DNA from: Candidatus Rokuibacteriota bacterium
GTDB lineage: Bacteria > Methylomirabilota > Methylomirabilia > Rokubacteriales > DASRDR01
Reading direction: 5' to 3'
NCBI GenBank assembly: GCA_044866005.1
Contig: JBIOTN010000010.1
Location: 1 to 11,990, forward strand
DNA: 11,990 nt
Positions 1-7,366 of the stretch are shown here, piece after piece (position 1 is the stretch's first letter; each line of letters opens with the position of its first letter). A program made the position numbers and the translations under genes. The notes beneath the pieces are model-generated. The model was given only the letters and a program-made list of their open reading frames with translations, was not told where the DNA came from and did not search any database.

Positions 1-576
1 ACACGCATCGAGACAGGCGCGGCAGCTTCCGCAGTGGTCGGGCTCCGGTGCGTCGACGTCGAGCGCGAGATCGGTGAGGACGACGCCGAGGAAGAGCCAC
101 GACCCGAGCGCGGGGTGGATCAGGCACGTGTTCTTCCCGATCCAGCCGAGGCCCGCGCGCGCGGCCAGGTCGCGCTCGAGGAGCGGGCCCGTGTCCACGT
201 AGGCGCGCCCTGTCGAGCCGGGTGCCGCGTCCGTCAGGTCCGCGAGGAGCGCGCGGAGGCGCGGCTCCATGACGTCGTGGTAGTCCGCGCCCCAGGCGTA
301 GCGCGCCACGTGCGCCGGCCCGTCGGCCGGACGGCCCTGATGGTAGTTGAGCGCCGCCGCGACGACCGAGCGCGCGCCCGGGAGGACGCGGCCGGGCTCC
401 AGGCGCTTGTCGCGGCCGCGCTCGAGGTAACCCATCGTGCCGGCGTAGCCCGCGTCCAGCCACGCCCCGAACGCCGTGCCGTGGTCGGGCGGGTGCGCGG
501 GCCCGATCGCGATCAGGTCGAAGCCCAGGCGCCGGCCCGTCGCCTTGACACGCGCCGAGAGCGACGCCGGCGTCAT
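1..576 (-). CDS. queG: tRNA epoxyqueuosine(34) reductase QueG (N-terminal 192 codons; truncated by the left window edge)
   Basis: Manual minus-strand translation from ATG at 576: MTPASLSARVKATGRRLGFDLIAIG...WLDAGYAGTMGYL...PGARSVVAAALNY...VARYAWGADYHDV...RAYVDTGPLLERDLAARAGLGWIGKNTCLIHPALGSWLFLG...DHCGSCRACLDAC. ARYAxGxDYH, VDTGP..ER, AGLGWIGKN, GSWxFLG and the start of the CxxCxxCxxxC 4Fe-4S motif are QueG hallmarks. Absent from the ORF track because no stop lies in the window. Confidence 0.96.
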   Translation of the reverse strand, partial: MTPASLSARVKATGRRLGFDLIAIGPAHPPDHGTAFGAWLDAGYAGTMGYLERGRDKRLEPGRVLPGARSVVAAALNYHQGRPADGPAHVARYAWGADYHDVMEPRLRALLADLTDAAPGSTGRAYVDTGPLLERDLAARAGLGWIGKNTCLIHPALGSWLFLGVVLTDLALDVDAPEPDHCGSCRACLDAC

Positions 577-1265
577 CACCCCCTCCGGGCGCGGACGACG
601 AGCCGGCTCTCGGTCAGGGTTCGCCCGCCTTCGTCCAGGAACCGCTCCCATCCCGCGAGGCGCCCGCCGGCCTCCCACTTGTCGCGGAAGCGCGCCGTGG
701 CGCGGCGCGCCTCGTCGGCGGAGGCGAAGGTGGTGACCTCCGTCTCCACCTCGACGCCCTCCACGCGGAACCCCGCCGCCTGGAGCACCGCGCGGGCCCC
801 CCCCTCGTCGTACGCGAAGCGGGAGACCCGGCCGGTCTCGCGCCACTGGTCGACGTGGAACGCGGCGAACGCCAGGACGCCGCCGCGGGCGAGGCCCTCG
901 GCGGCGCGCGCGACGATGGCGTCCGACATGCAGAGGTGGGCGACCACGAGGTCGGGCCGCCCGAGCGTCCGGTAGTCCACCCGCTCGGCGTCCGCGACCA
1001 CGAAGAGGACGTTGCCGATCCCCGCCCGGCGGGCCCGCCGCCGCGCTTCGACGAGCGCGCCGGCGTCCGTGTCGAGGCCGAGCACCCGTCGGGCGCGCGG
1101 GGCGAGGGCCAGCGCCAGGCGCCCGCTCCCGGTCCCCACGTCCAGCACGGTGCCCGTGGCGAGCGGCTCCGCGGCCAGCCAGCCGAGGAGGGTCGGCGAC
1201 AGGGCGTCGTGACCGCGTTCCTCGCGGGGTGCCGTCGGCCGCGCGTGGCTCCGTTCCGCGCTCAT
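576..1265 (-). CDS. Class I SAM-dependent methyltransferase (229 aa), substrate unknown
   Basis: C-terminal part of ORF 576..2933(-). ATG at 1265 is preceded by GGAG. Contains motif I VLDVGTGSG, acidic LGLD after beta2, VADAE, DLVVAH and GLARGGVLAF. The stop TGA (578-576) overlaps the queG ATG (576-574). Confidence 0.88.
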   Translation of the reverse strand: MSAERSHARPTAPREERGHDALSPTLLGWLAAEPLATGTVLDVGTGSGRLALALAPRARRVLGLDTDAGALVEARRRARRAGIGNVLFVVADAERVDYRTLGRPDLVVAHLCMSDAIVARAAEGLARGGVLAFAAFHVDQWRETGRVSRFAYDEGGARAVLQAAGFRVEGVEVETEVTTFASADEARRATARFRDKWEAGGRLAGWERFLDEGGRTLTESRLVVRARRG

Positions 1266-1281
1266 GCGGGAGCTCCATGCC

Positions 1282-1291
1282 GAGTATACTC
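1282..1291. promoter_or_regulatory. Palindromic GAGTATACTC giving a -10-like TATACT hexamer on both strands (candidate bidirectional promoter)
   Basis: Perfect 10-bp palindrome containing the only AT-rich patch in the 39-nt gap (1266-1304) between the divergent methyltransferase and chrA starts. TATACT lies at 1285-1290 (+) and 1288-1283 (-). No good -35 on either side. Confidence 0.55.
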
Positions 1292-1304
1292 TGTCGGCGA
1301 GAGC

Positions 1305-2534
1305 ATGACCGACGCCGACCCGCCGCGCGCCTCCGTCTCCCGACCCGTCGCCGCGCCTGCGGCGCCCGGCCGCGCCCGCGAGGTCGCCGCGCTCTTCCTC
1401 AAGCTCGGCCTGATCGGCTTCGGCGGCCCCGCGGCGCACATCGCGATGATGGAGGACGAGGTCGTCCGGCGGCGCCGATGGGTGAGCCGCGAGCACTTCC
1501 TCGACCTTCTCGGCGCGACGAACCTGATCCCCGGGCCGAACTCCACGGAGATGGCGATCCACCTCGGCTTCGTCCGCGCCAGGTGGCCCGGCCTGGTCAC
1601 CGGCGGCGGCTGCTTCATCCTCCCGGCGACGGTGATCGTGCTGGCCCTCGCGGTGGCGTACCGGCGCTATGGCGCGCTCCCTCAGGCGACGTGGCTGCTC
1701 TACGGCGTGAAGCCCGTCATCATCGCGGTGGTCGTCCAGGCGCTGTGGGCCCTGGCGCGCCAGGCCCTCCGGACCCCGCTCGCGGCCGTGGTCGCCGCGG
1801 CCGTGGTGGGGCTCGCCGCCTGGGGCGCGAACGAGGTGGGCCTCCTCTTCGGGGCCGCCGTGCTGGTCCCGTGCCTGCGCCGGGCCGCCGCCCACGGGAC
1901 GGCGGCGCGCGGCATCGCGCCGCTCCTGGTCGGGCCTGCCATCTGGGGCGCGAGCCCGGCGGCCGTGTCCGGGGTCGCGGCGCTGGGCGGCGGCGCGGCG
2001 GCGCCGGTGACCCTGGCGAAGCTCGCGCTGATCTTCCTCAAGGTGGGCTCGGTCCTCTTCGGGAGCGGCTACGTCCTGCTCGCCTTCCTCCGCCCGGACC
2101 TGGTGGAGCGCACGGGGTGGCTCAGCGACCGCGAGCTGCTCGACGCGATCGCCGTCGGCCAGGTCACGCCCGGGCCGGTCCTCACGACGGCCACCTTCAT
2201 CGGCTACCTCCTCGCCGGCGTCCCGGGGGCGCTCCTCGCCACGCTCGGGATCTTCCTCCCGTCCTTCGTCTTCGTCGCGCTGTCGAATCCGCTGATCCCC
2301 CGGCTCCGGCGCTCGCCGTGGGCGGCCGGCTTCCTCGACGGCGCCAATGCCGCCTCGGTCGCGCTGATGGCGCTCGTGACGGTCGAGCTCGGCCGCGCCG
2401 CCCTGGTGGACTGGCTGACCGCCGGCCTCGCCGTCGTCGCCGGCCTGCTCCTCCTCCGGTTCCGGGTCAACTCGGCCTGGCTCGTCCTGGGCGGCGCCGG
2501 GGCCGGCGGGCTCGCCGGCCTGGCGGGCCCTTGA
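1305..2534 (+). CDS. chrA: Chromate efflux transporter, long-chain CHR family (409 aa)
   Basis: C-terminal part of ORF 855..2534(+), from ATG 1305. Two homologous hydrophobic halves: FLKLGLIGFGGPAAHI...NLIPGPNSTEMAIHLG and FLKVGSVLFGSGYVL...GQVTPGPVLTTATFIGY, the CHR-family FGG/PGP signatures. Confidence 0.93.
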   Translation: MTDADPPRASVSRPVAAPAAPGRAREVAALFLKLGLIGFGGPAAHIAMMEDEVVRRRRWVSREHFLDLLGATNLIPGPNSTEMAIHLGFVRARWPGLVTGGGCFILPATVIVLALAVAYRRYGALPQATWLLYGVKPVIIAVVVQALWALARQALRTPLAAVVAAAVVGLAAWGANEVGLLFGAAVLVPCLRRAAAHGTAARGIAPLLVGPAIWGASPAAVSGVAALGGGAAAPVTLAKLALIFLKVGSVLFGSGYVLLAFLRPDLVERTGWLSDRELLDAIAVGQVTPGPVLTTATFIGYLLAGVPGALLATLGIFLPSFVFVALSNPLIPRLRRSPWAAGFLDGANAASVALMALVTVELGRAALVDWLTAGLAVVAGLLLLRFRVNSAWLVLGGAGAGGLAGLAGP

Positions 2535-2560
2535 CGCCGCTCCGGGGCGCGCGCTATGAA
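2531..2560 (+). promoter_or_regulatory. Possible sigma70-type promoter for the Liv-type ABC operon
   Basis: TTGACG (2531-2536, overlapping the chrA stop) - 18 nt - TATGAA (2555-2560). The -10 lacks the conserved final T, so support is weak. Confidence 0.35.
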
Positions 2561-2607
2561 TGGCCGCACCGACCGTCCTTTCACCCCTCGGCATGATGGA
2601 GGCACCC

Positions 2608-3843
2608 ATGGAGCAGCTCTCGCGTCGGGACTTCCTGCGCATCGGCACCGCGGCCGCCGCGGGCCTCGGGCTCGGGACCGGCCTTCCGGGCCCGCTGATC
2701 CTCCGGGCGCAGCCGAAGGACGTCGTCATGCTCGGCCTCTGGTCGCTGACCGGCGCCTTCGCCGACGTCGGCCCGGTGCTCGACCGCGGCATGAAGATGG
2801 CCCTCGAAGAGCACGGGATGAAGGCCGCGGGCCGGCCCATCAAGTACGTGACCCGCGACGACGAGACCAAGGCGGACGCCGCCACCCGGCGCGCCGAGGA
2901 GGCGATCGAGACCGAGGGGGTCAAGTTCATCATCGGCCCCTGGTCCTCCGGCGTCGCGCTCGCGGTGTCGGAGGTCGCCAGGCGGCGGAAGGTCTTCCAC
3001 TACTTCTCCGGCGGCACCGAGGACATCGCTGGCAAGCGCTGCCACCGCTACTCCTTCCAGTGGGCGGCGAGCCCTTACACCGCCGCGCAGACCGTCATGG
3101 ACAACTTCGTCAAGGCCAACCCGAAGGCGAAGCGCTGGTACCTCCTCGTCGCCGACTACGCCTTTGGCTGGTCGGTCGAGAAGTACCTGAAGCTCGTGGC
3201 GCAGCCGCACGGCGTGGAGATCGTGGGGGCGGACCGCCACCCGCTCGGCGAGCGGGAGTTCTCGAACTACGTCAACCGCGCCGCCGGCGCCCGCCCCGAC
3301 GTCGTCTGCATGGTCAACTTCGGGCTCGACACCGTGCAGGCCGCGCGCGAGATCTTCAACTTCGGCTTGACCCCGAAGCTCCCGCTCATCCTCACCTGGT
3401 CCTCCGGCGTGGAGGAGCTGATCCAGCTCACCCCCGAGATCCGGGAGAACATGTGGGTCGGCTCCAACTTCTACTACACCGCGGACACGCCCGTGGCCCG
3501 GGAGTTCGCCAAGAACTACAAGGCCAAGTACGGGAACCCGCCCGGCTACGCCCCGGCGGCGGCCTACGGGATGACGCGCCTGACGCTCAAGGCCATGGAG
3601 AAGGCGGGCTCCACGGAGATCCCCGACGTCGTCAAGGCCCTGGAGGGGCTGGAGGTGGACGACCTGGTGGGCCGGATGCGCGTGGACCCGCGGACCCACC
3701 AGACGCTCCGGCCGTACTTCTTCATGCGCTGCAAGCCGAAGACGCAGATGAAGGACCCGATGGACTTCGCGGACATCATCGCCACGGGGACCACGCCGCA
3801 GCCGCGCGACCTCAACGAGTGCAAAGACATCGGGAGCCTGTAG
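2608..3843 (+). CDS. ABC transporter substrate-binding protein, branched-chain amino acid (HAAT/LivJ-like) family, Tat-exported (411 aa)
   Basis: ATG 2608 follows GGAGG (2598-2602). Tat signal SRRDFLR plus hydrophobic stretch ending ILRAQ. SLTGAFADVG, GRPIKYVTRDDETK, GPWSSGVALAV and ADYAFG are typical of periplasmic binding protein type 1. Followed by livHMGF-like genes. Confidence 0.92.
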   Translation: MEQLSRRDFLRIGTAAAAGLGLGTGLPGPLILRAQPKDVVMLGLWSLTGAFADVGPVLDRGMKMALEEHGMKAAGRPIKYVTRDDETKADAATRRAEEAIETEGVKFIIGPWSSGVALAVSEVARRRKVFHYFSGGTEDIAGKRCHRYSFQWAASPYTAAQTVMDNFVKANPKAKRWYLLVADYAFGWSVEKYLKLVAQPHGVEIVGADRHPLGEREFSNYVNRAAGARPDVVCMVNFGLDTVQAAREIFNFGLTPKLPLILTWSSGVEELIQLTPEIRENMWVGSNFYYTADTPVAREFAKNYKAKYGNPPGYAPAAAYGMTRLTLKAMEKAGSTEIPDVVKALEGLEVDDLVGRMRVDPRTHQTLRPYFFMRCKPKTQMKDPMDFADIIATGTTPQPRDLNECKDIGSL

Positions 3844-3870
3844 CGTCGGCGCCGTCGGCCTGAGCGCCGC

Positions 3871-3935
3871 GGCGGGCACGCGGGCGACAGGACCCGCGGC
3901 GGCGGGCACCCGGGCGGGAGACCCCGCGGCGGCGG
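3871..3935 (+). repeat. Imperfect 30-bp tandem repeat (2 copies plus a partial third) in the SBP-livH intergenic region
   Basis: 3871-3900 GGCGGGCACGCGGGCGACAGGACCCGCGGC versus 3901-3930 GGCGGGCACCCGGGCGGGAGACCCCGCGGC (25/30 identical, ungapped), then GGCGG at 3931-3935. Confidence 0.75.
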
Positions 3936-3948
3936 CGCCTCTCCGACG

Positions 3949-4812
3949 ATGAACGTCTCGCTGGTTCTGGGACAGGTCCTGAACGGCGTCGTCACCGGGA
4001 TGCTCTATGCCCTCATGGGCGTCGGGCTCTCGCTGATCCTGGGGATCCTGAACCTCCCGAACTTCGCCCACGGCACGCTCTACGCCGTGGGGGCGTACCT
4101 CCTCTTCGCCTGCGTGCAGTGGCTGGGGAGCTTCTGGCTGGCGCTGGTGGCGGCGCCCCTGGGGGTCGCGCTCCTCGGGGCGGTCATCGAGTACGGGGGG
4201 ATGCGGCGCCTCTACGCCGCCGGCCACGATTACCAGCTTCTCCTCACCTTCGGCGTGGCGCTCATCCTCGAGCAGGTCATCATCCTCGTCTGGGGCCCCG
4301 TCGGGATGAGCCTTCTCCCGCCGCCGGCGCTCGGCGGCGCGGTCGACCTCGGCGTCATCTTCTACCCGCGCTACCGGCTCTTCGCCATGGTCGTGGCCGC
4401 CCTCCTCATCCTCGCCGTCTGGCTCTTCCTCGAGCGCACGCGCCTCGGCGCGATCATCCGCGCCGGGATCGAGGACCAGGCGATGGTCGCCGTCCTCGGG
4501 ATCAACGTCAACCGCGTCTTCACCTTCGCCTTCGCGCTCGGCGCCTGGCTGGCCGGCGTCGCCGGCGCCCTGATGGTCCCGGTCCGCGGCCTCACGCCGA
4601 GCATGGGCGGGGACATCCTCGGGATCGCCTTCGTCGTCGTCGCGCTGGGCGGGCTCGGCAACCTCCCCGGCGCGATCCTGGCCGGCGTCGTCATCGGGCT
4701 GGCCCAGAGCCTGGTCGCGCTGGTCTGGCCGGTCGCCTCGATCGTGGTGATCTTCGCCGTGATGGCGGTCGTCCTGCTCCTCCGGCCGCAGGGTCTCTTC
4801 GGCAGTCGCTGA
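3949..4812 (+). CDS. livH: Branched-chain amino acid-type ABC transporter permease, LivH family (287 aa)
   Basis: QVLNGVVTGMLYALMGVGLSLILGILNLPNFAHG, RTRLGAIIRA, FVVVALGGLGNLPGA and C-terminal LLLRPQGLFG are LivH-family motifs. Symbol is family-level only. Confidence 0.92.
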   Translation: MNVSLVLGQVLNGVVTGMLYALMGVGLSLILGILNLPNFAHGTLYAVGAYLLFACVQWLGSFWLALVAAPLGVALLGAVIEYGGMRRLYAAGHDYQLLLTFGVALILEQVIILVWGPVGMSLLPPPALGGAVDLGVIFYPRYRLFAMVVAALLILAVWLFLERTRLGAIIRAGIEDQAMVAVLGINVNRVFTFAFALGAWLAGVAGALMVPVRGLTPSMGGDILGIAFVVVALGGLGNLPGAILAGVVIGLAQSLVALVWPVASIVVIFAVMAVVLLLRPQGLFGSR

Positions 4813-5738
4813 TGCCGGGCCTGCGCGCCAGCGCCCTGCTGCTCGCCGCCTGCGTCCTGCTGCCGGTCGCCCTGCGGAACACCATCGCGACGGAGATCTG
4901 GATCTTCGCGATCCTCGCGCTGGGGTTGAACCTCCTTCTCGGCTACACCGGCCTCCTCTCCTTCGGGCAGGCGACGTTCTCGGGGATCGCCGGCTACGCC
5001 GCGGGCCTCCTGCTCAAGCACTACGGGCTCTCGCTGGCGCTGGTCCTCCCGATCGGGGTCCTGGCCGGGGCCGTGTCGGCGGCCCTCGTCGGGGCCCTCT
5101 GCATCCAGCGGGTCGGCCTCTACTTCATCATGCTGACCTTCGCCTTCAACCAGATGGCCTACTTCATCGCCTACCAGTGGACCGACCTCACCGGCGGCGA
5201 GGACGGGCTCCCCGGCGTCCCGCGTCCGGCGTTCCTCGAGAGCGGCGTGGCCTTCTACGCCTTCACCGCGGCGAGCTTTCTCCTCACGCTCGTCGTCATG
5301 AAGCGGATCGTCGACTCGCCCTTCGGGCTCATTCTCCAGGCGATCCGGGAAAACGGGGCGCGCGCGGCCGCCGTCGGCTACGACGTCAAGCGCTACAAGT
5401 GGCTGGCCTTCACGCTGGCGGGCGCCGTGTCCGGCCTCGGCGGCGTGCTCTACGCGATGCTCTACGGCATCGTCCCGCTCGCCGCCATCCACTGGCTCCG
5501 GTCGGGGGACATCGTCTTCATGACGCTCATCGGCGGCAGCGGCAGCCTCTACGGACCGATCATCGGGGCGGGCGTCTACACCGTGCTGGCCGAGTGGGTG
5601 AGCCCGCGGTGGGACCGGTGGCCCATCCTTCTCGGGCTCGCCTTCGTCGTCGTCGTGCTCTTCTTCCGGGGCGGGTGCGTGGAGGCCTGGGAGCGGCTGC
5701 GAGCCCTCGCCCGGCGTCGTCCCGAGCCGGCCCGGTGA
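4812..5738 (+). CDS. livM: Branched-chain amino acid-type ABC transporter permease, LivM family (308 aa)
   Basis: ATG 4812 overlaps the upstream TGA (TGATG). Contains LNLLLGYTGLLSFGQA, TDLTGGEDG, SPFGLILQAIREN and IGGSGSLYGPIIGA. Symbol is family-level only. Confidence 0.92.
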   Translation: MPGLRASALLLAACVLLPVALRNTIATEIWIFAILALGLNLLLGYTGLLSFGQATFSGIAGYAAGLLLKHYGLSLALVLPIGVLAGAVSAALVGALCIQRVGLYFIMLTFAFNQMAYFIAYQWTDLTGGEDGLPGVPRPAFLESGVAFYAFTAASFLLTLVVMKRIVDSPFGLILQAIRENGARAAAVGYDVKRYKWLAFTLAGAVSGLGGVLYAMLYGIVPLAAIHWLRSGDIVFMTLIGGSGSLYGPIIGAGVYTVLAEWVSPRWDRWPILLGLAFVVVVLFFRGGCVEAWERLRALARRRPEPAR

Positions 5739-6511
5739 CGGCGCTCCTCGCCACCGAGCGGCTGACCCGGGCCTTCGGCGCCCTCCGCGCCGTCGACGGG
5801 GTGAGCCTCGCCGTGGAGGCCGGCACGCTCCACTCCGTGATCGGGCCGAACGGCGCCGGGAAGACGACCCTCTTCAACCTGATCACGGGCGAGCTCGCGC
5901 CGACCGCCGGGCGGATCCGGCTCGAGGGGCGGGACATCACGGGCCGGCCCTCGCACGCGATGCCGGGTCTCGGGATCGCCCGGTCCTTCCAGCGGAACAA
6001 CCTCTTCCCCAGCCTGACCGTCCTCCAGAACGTCTGGACCGCGGCGTTCGCGCGCGCCGGAGGGGGCGTCCGCCTGTGGCGCCCCGTCGCGGCGTTCCGG
6101 GAGCCGCGAGCGAGCGCGATGGCCGCGCTCGGCGAGGTCGGCCTGGCGGACCGGGCGGGGCAGCACGCTCGGCATCTCTCGCACGGCGACCAGCGGCTCC
6201 TCGAGGTCGCCATCGCGCTGGCCAGCCGGCCGAAGCTCCTGCTCCTCGACGAGCCCACGAGCGGGCTCTCCCCCGAGGAGACGCGCCGGATGATCGGGCT
6301 CATCCGGACCCTGCGCGACCGCTACACGATCCTGCTCATCGAGCACAAGATGGACCTCGTGATGAGCGTCTCCGACCGTGTCACGGTCATGCACTTCGGC
6401 GGCGTCCTCGCCGAGGGTCCACCCGGCGAGATCCAGAGCAACGCGGAGGTGCGTCGCGCCTACCTCGGCACGGTCTCGACGGGGCCGGGGCGGCCGGCGC
6501 CGGCTCCCTGA
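5735..6511 (+). CDS. livG: ABC transporter ATP-binding protein, LivG family (258 aa)
   Basis: GTG 5735 overlaps the livM stop (GTGA). Walker A GPNGAGKTT, GIARSFQ, signature LSHGDQR, Walker B LLLLDEP, IEHKM H-loop and C-terminal VRRAYLG. Confidence 0.93.
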   Translation: MTALLATERLTRAFGALRAVDGVSLAVEAGTLHSVIGPNGAGKTTLFNLITGELAPTAGRIRLEGRDITGRPSHAMPGLGIARSFQRNNLFPSLTVLQNVWTAAFARAGGGVRLWRPVAAFREPRASAMAALGEVGLADRAGQHARHLSHGDQRLLEVAIALASRPKLLLLDEPTSGLSPEETRRMIGLIRTLRDRYTILLIEHKMDLVMSVSDRVTVMHFGGVLAEGPPGEIQSNAEVRRAYLGTVSTGPGRPAPAP

Positions 6512-7203
6512 TGCTGGACTGCCAGGAGCTCCACACCTACTACGGGACCGGCCACATCCTGCAAGGCGTCTCGCTCCGCGTGGGCGAAGGCGAGGTCGTC
6601 GCGCTCCTCGGGCGGAACGGCGCGGGCAAGACGACGACGCTCAAGAGCATCGTCGGCCTCGTCCCGCCGCGCCGCGGCCGCGTCCTCTATCGCGGCCGGG
6701 ACGTGACGGGCTGGCCGCCCTACCGGATCAGCCGCGCGGGCGTCGCCCTCGTGCCCGAGACACGGGGCATCTTCTCGTATCTCACCGCGCGGGAGAACCT
6801 CGACATCGCCCGCCGCCCGGGCTCTCGGTGGACGCCGGCCGCCGTGCTCGAGCGCTTCCCGAAGCTCGCGGAGCTGGGCGACCGCCGCGGGCGGTACCTG
6901 TCCGGCGGCGAGCAGCAGATGCTGGCGATCGCGCGGGCCCTCGTCACCGGGCCGGAGCTGATCCTCCTCGACGAGCCCTCGCAGGGGCTGGCCCCGCTCG
7001 TGGTCGAGGCGGTCGTCGGGACGATCGTCCAGCTCAAGCAGGAGCGCGTCGCCCTGCTGCTCGTCGAGCAGAACGTGGAGCTGGCCTGCGCCCTGGCCGA
7101 CCGAGTCTACGTCATCGACCAGGGGCGCATCGTCTTCGACGGAACGCCCGCGGCGCTGCGGGCGGACCCGAAAACCCTCGGCACCTACCTCGGGGTCGGC
7201 TGA
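6511..7203 (+). CDS. livF: ABC transporter ATP-binding protein, LivF family (230 aa)
   Basis: ATG 6511 overlaps the upstream TGA (TGATG). GRNGAGKTT, LSGGEQQMLAIARAL, LILLDEPSQGLAP, LLVEQN and terminal YLG. Confidence 0.94.
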   Translation: MLDCQELHTYYGTGHILQGVSLRVGEGEVVALLGRNGAGKTTTLKSIVGLVPPRRGRVLYRGRDVTGWPPYRISRAGVALVPETRGIFSYLTARENLDIARRPGSRWTPAAVLERFPKLAELGDRRGRYLSGGEQQMLAIARALVTGPELILLDEPSQGLAPLVVEAVVGTIVQLKQERVALLLVEQNVELACALADRVYVIDQGRIVFDGTPAALRADPKTLGTYLGVG

Positions 7204-7245
7204 CGGCCGGCCCGCCCCGGAGAGCCCGCCCCCCGGGTCGTGCCC

Positions 7246-7275
7246 TTGACAGCTTTCCGGGCCCCGCCGTACAGT
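7246..7275 (+). promoter_or_regulatory. Sigma70-type promoter for the CUT1 ABC operon
   Basis: Perfect TTGACA (7246-7251) - 18 nt - TACAGT (7270-7275), in an intergenic position ~90 nt upstream of a strong AGGAGGAGG ribosome-binding site and ATG 7367. Confidence 0.7.
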
Positions 7276-7366
7276 CGGCCCAACTCCGTCGGCACGCCGA
7301 GCGCACCCCTGTCCCTCGACGCGGGCGCCGACGCCTCGCGCTCAACCGAGAGGAGGAGGAAGGGAC

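Noticed and set aside
34..975. 313-aa plus-strand ORF
   Set aside because: Antisense shadow of queG and the methyltransferase; Arg/Ala/Pro-rich with no motifs.
855..1304. 150-aa N-terminal extension of ChrA given by the ORF track
   Set aside because: Overlaps the methyltransferase on the opposite strand. CHR similarity begins only after ATG 1305.
576..2933. 785-aa minus-strand ORF as one large protein
   Set aside because: Only the last 229 aa (from ATG 1265) look like a real protein. The rest is the stop-poor antisense shadow of chrA and the SBP gene in high-GC DNA.
3871..3935. CRISPR-like array
   Set aside because: Two adjacent degenerate 30-mers with no unique spacers and no cas genes.
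4119..6510. Apparent N-terminal extensions or fusions on livM, livG and livF
   Set aside because: True starts overlap the upstream stops (TGATG at 4810-4814, GTGA at 5735-5738, TGATG at 6509-6513), which is ordinary translational coupling rather than fusion or frameshift.
7210..7232. Direct repeat GCCCGCCCC x2 upstream of the 7246 promoter
   Set aside because: Low-complexity G/C 9-mer, likely by chance at this composition.
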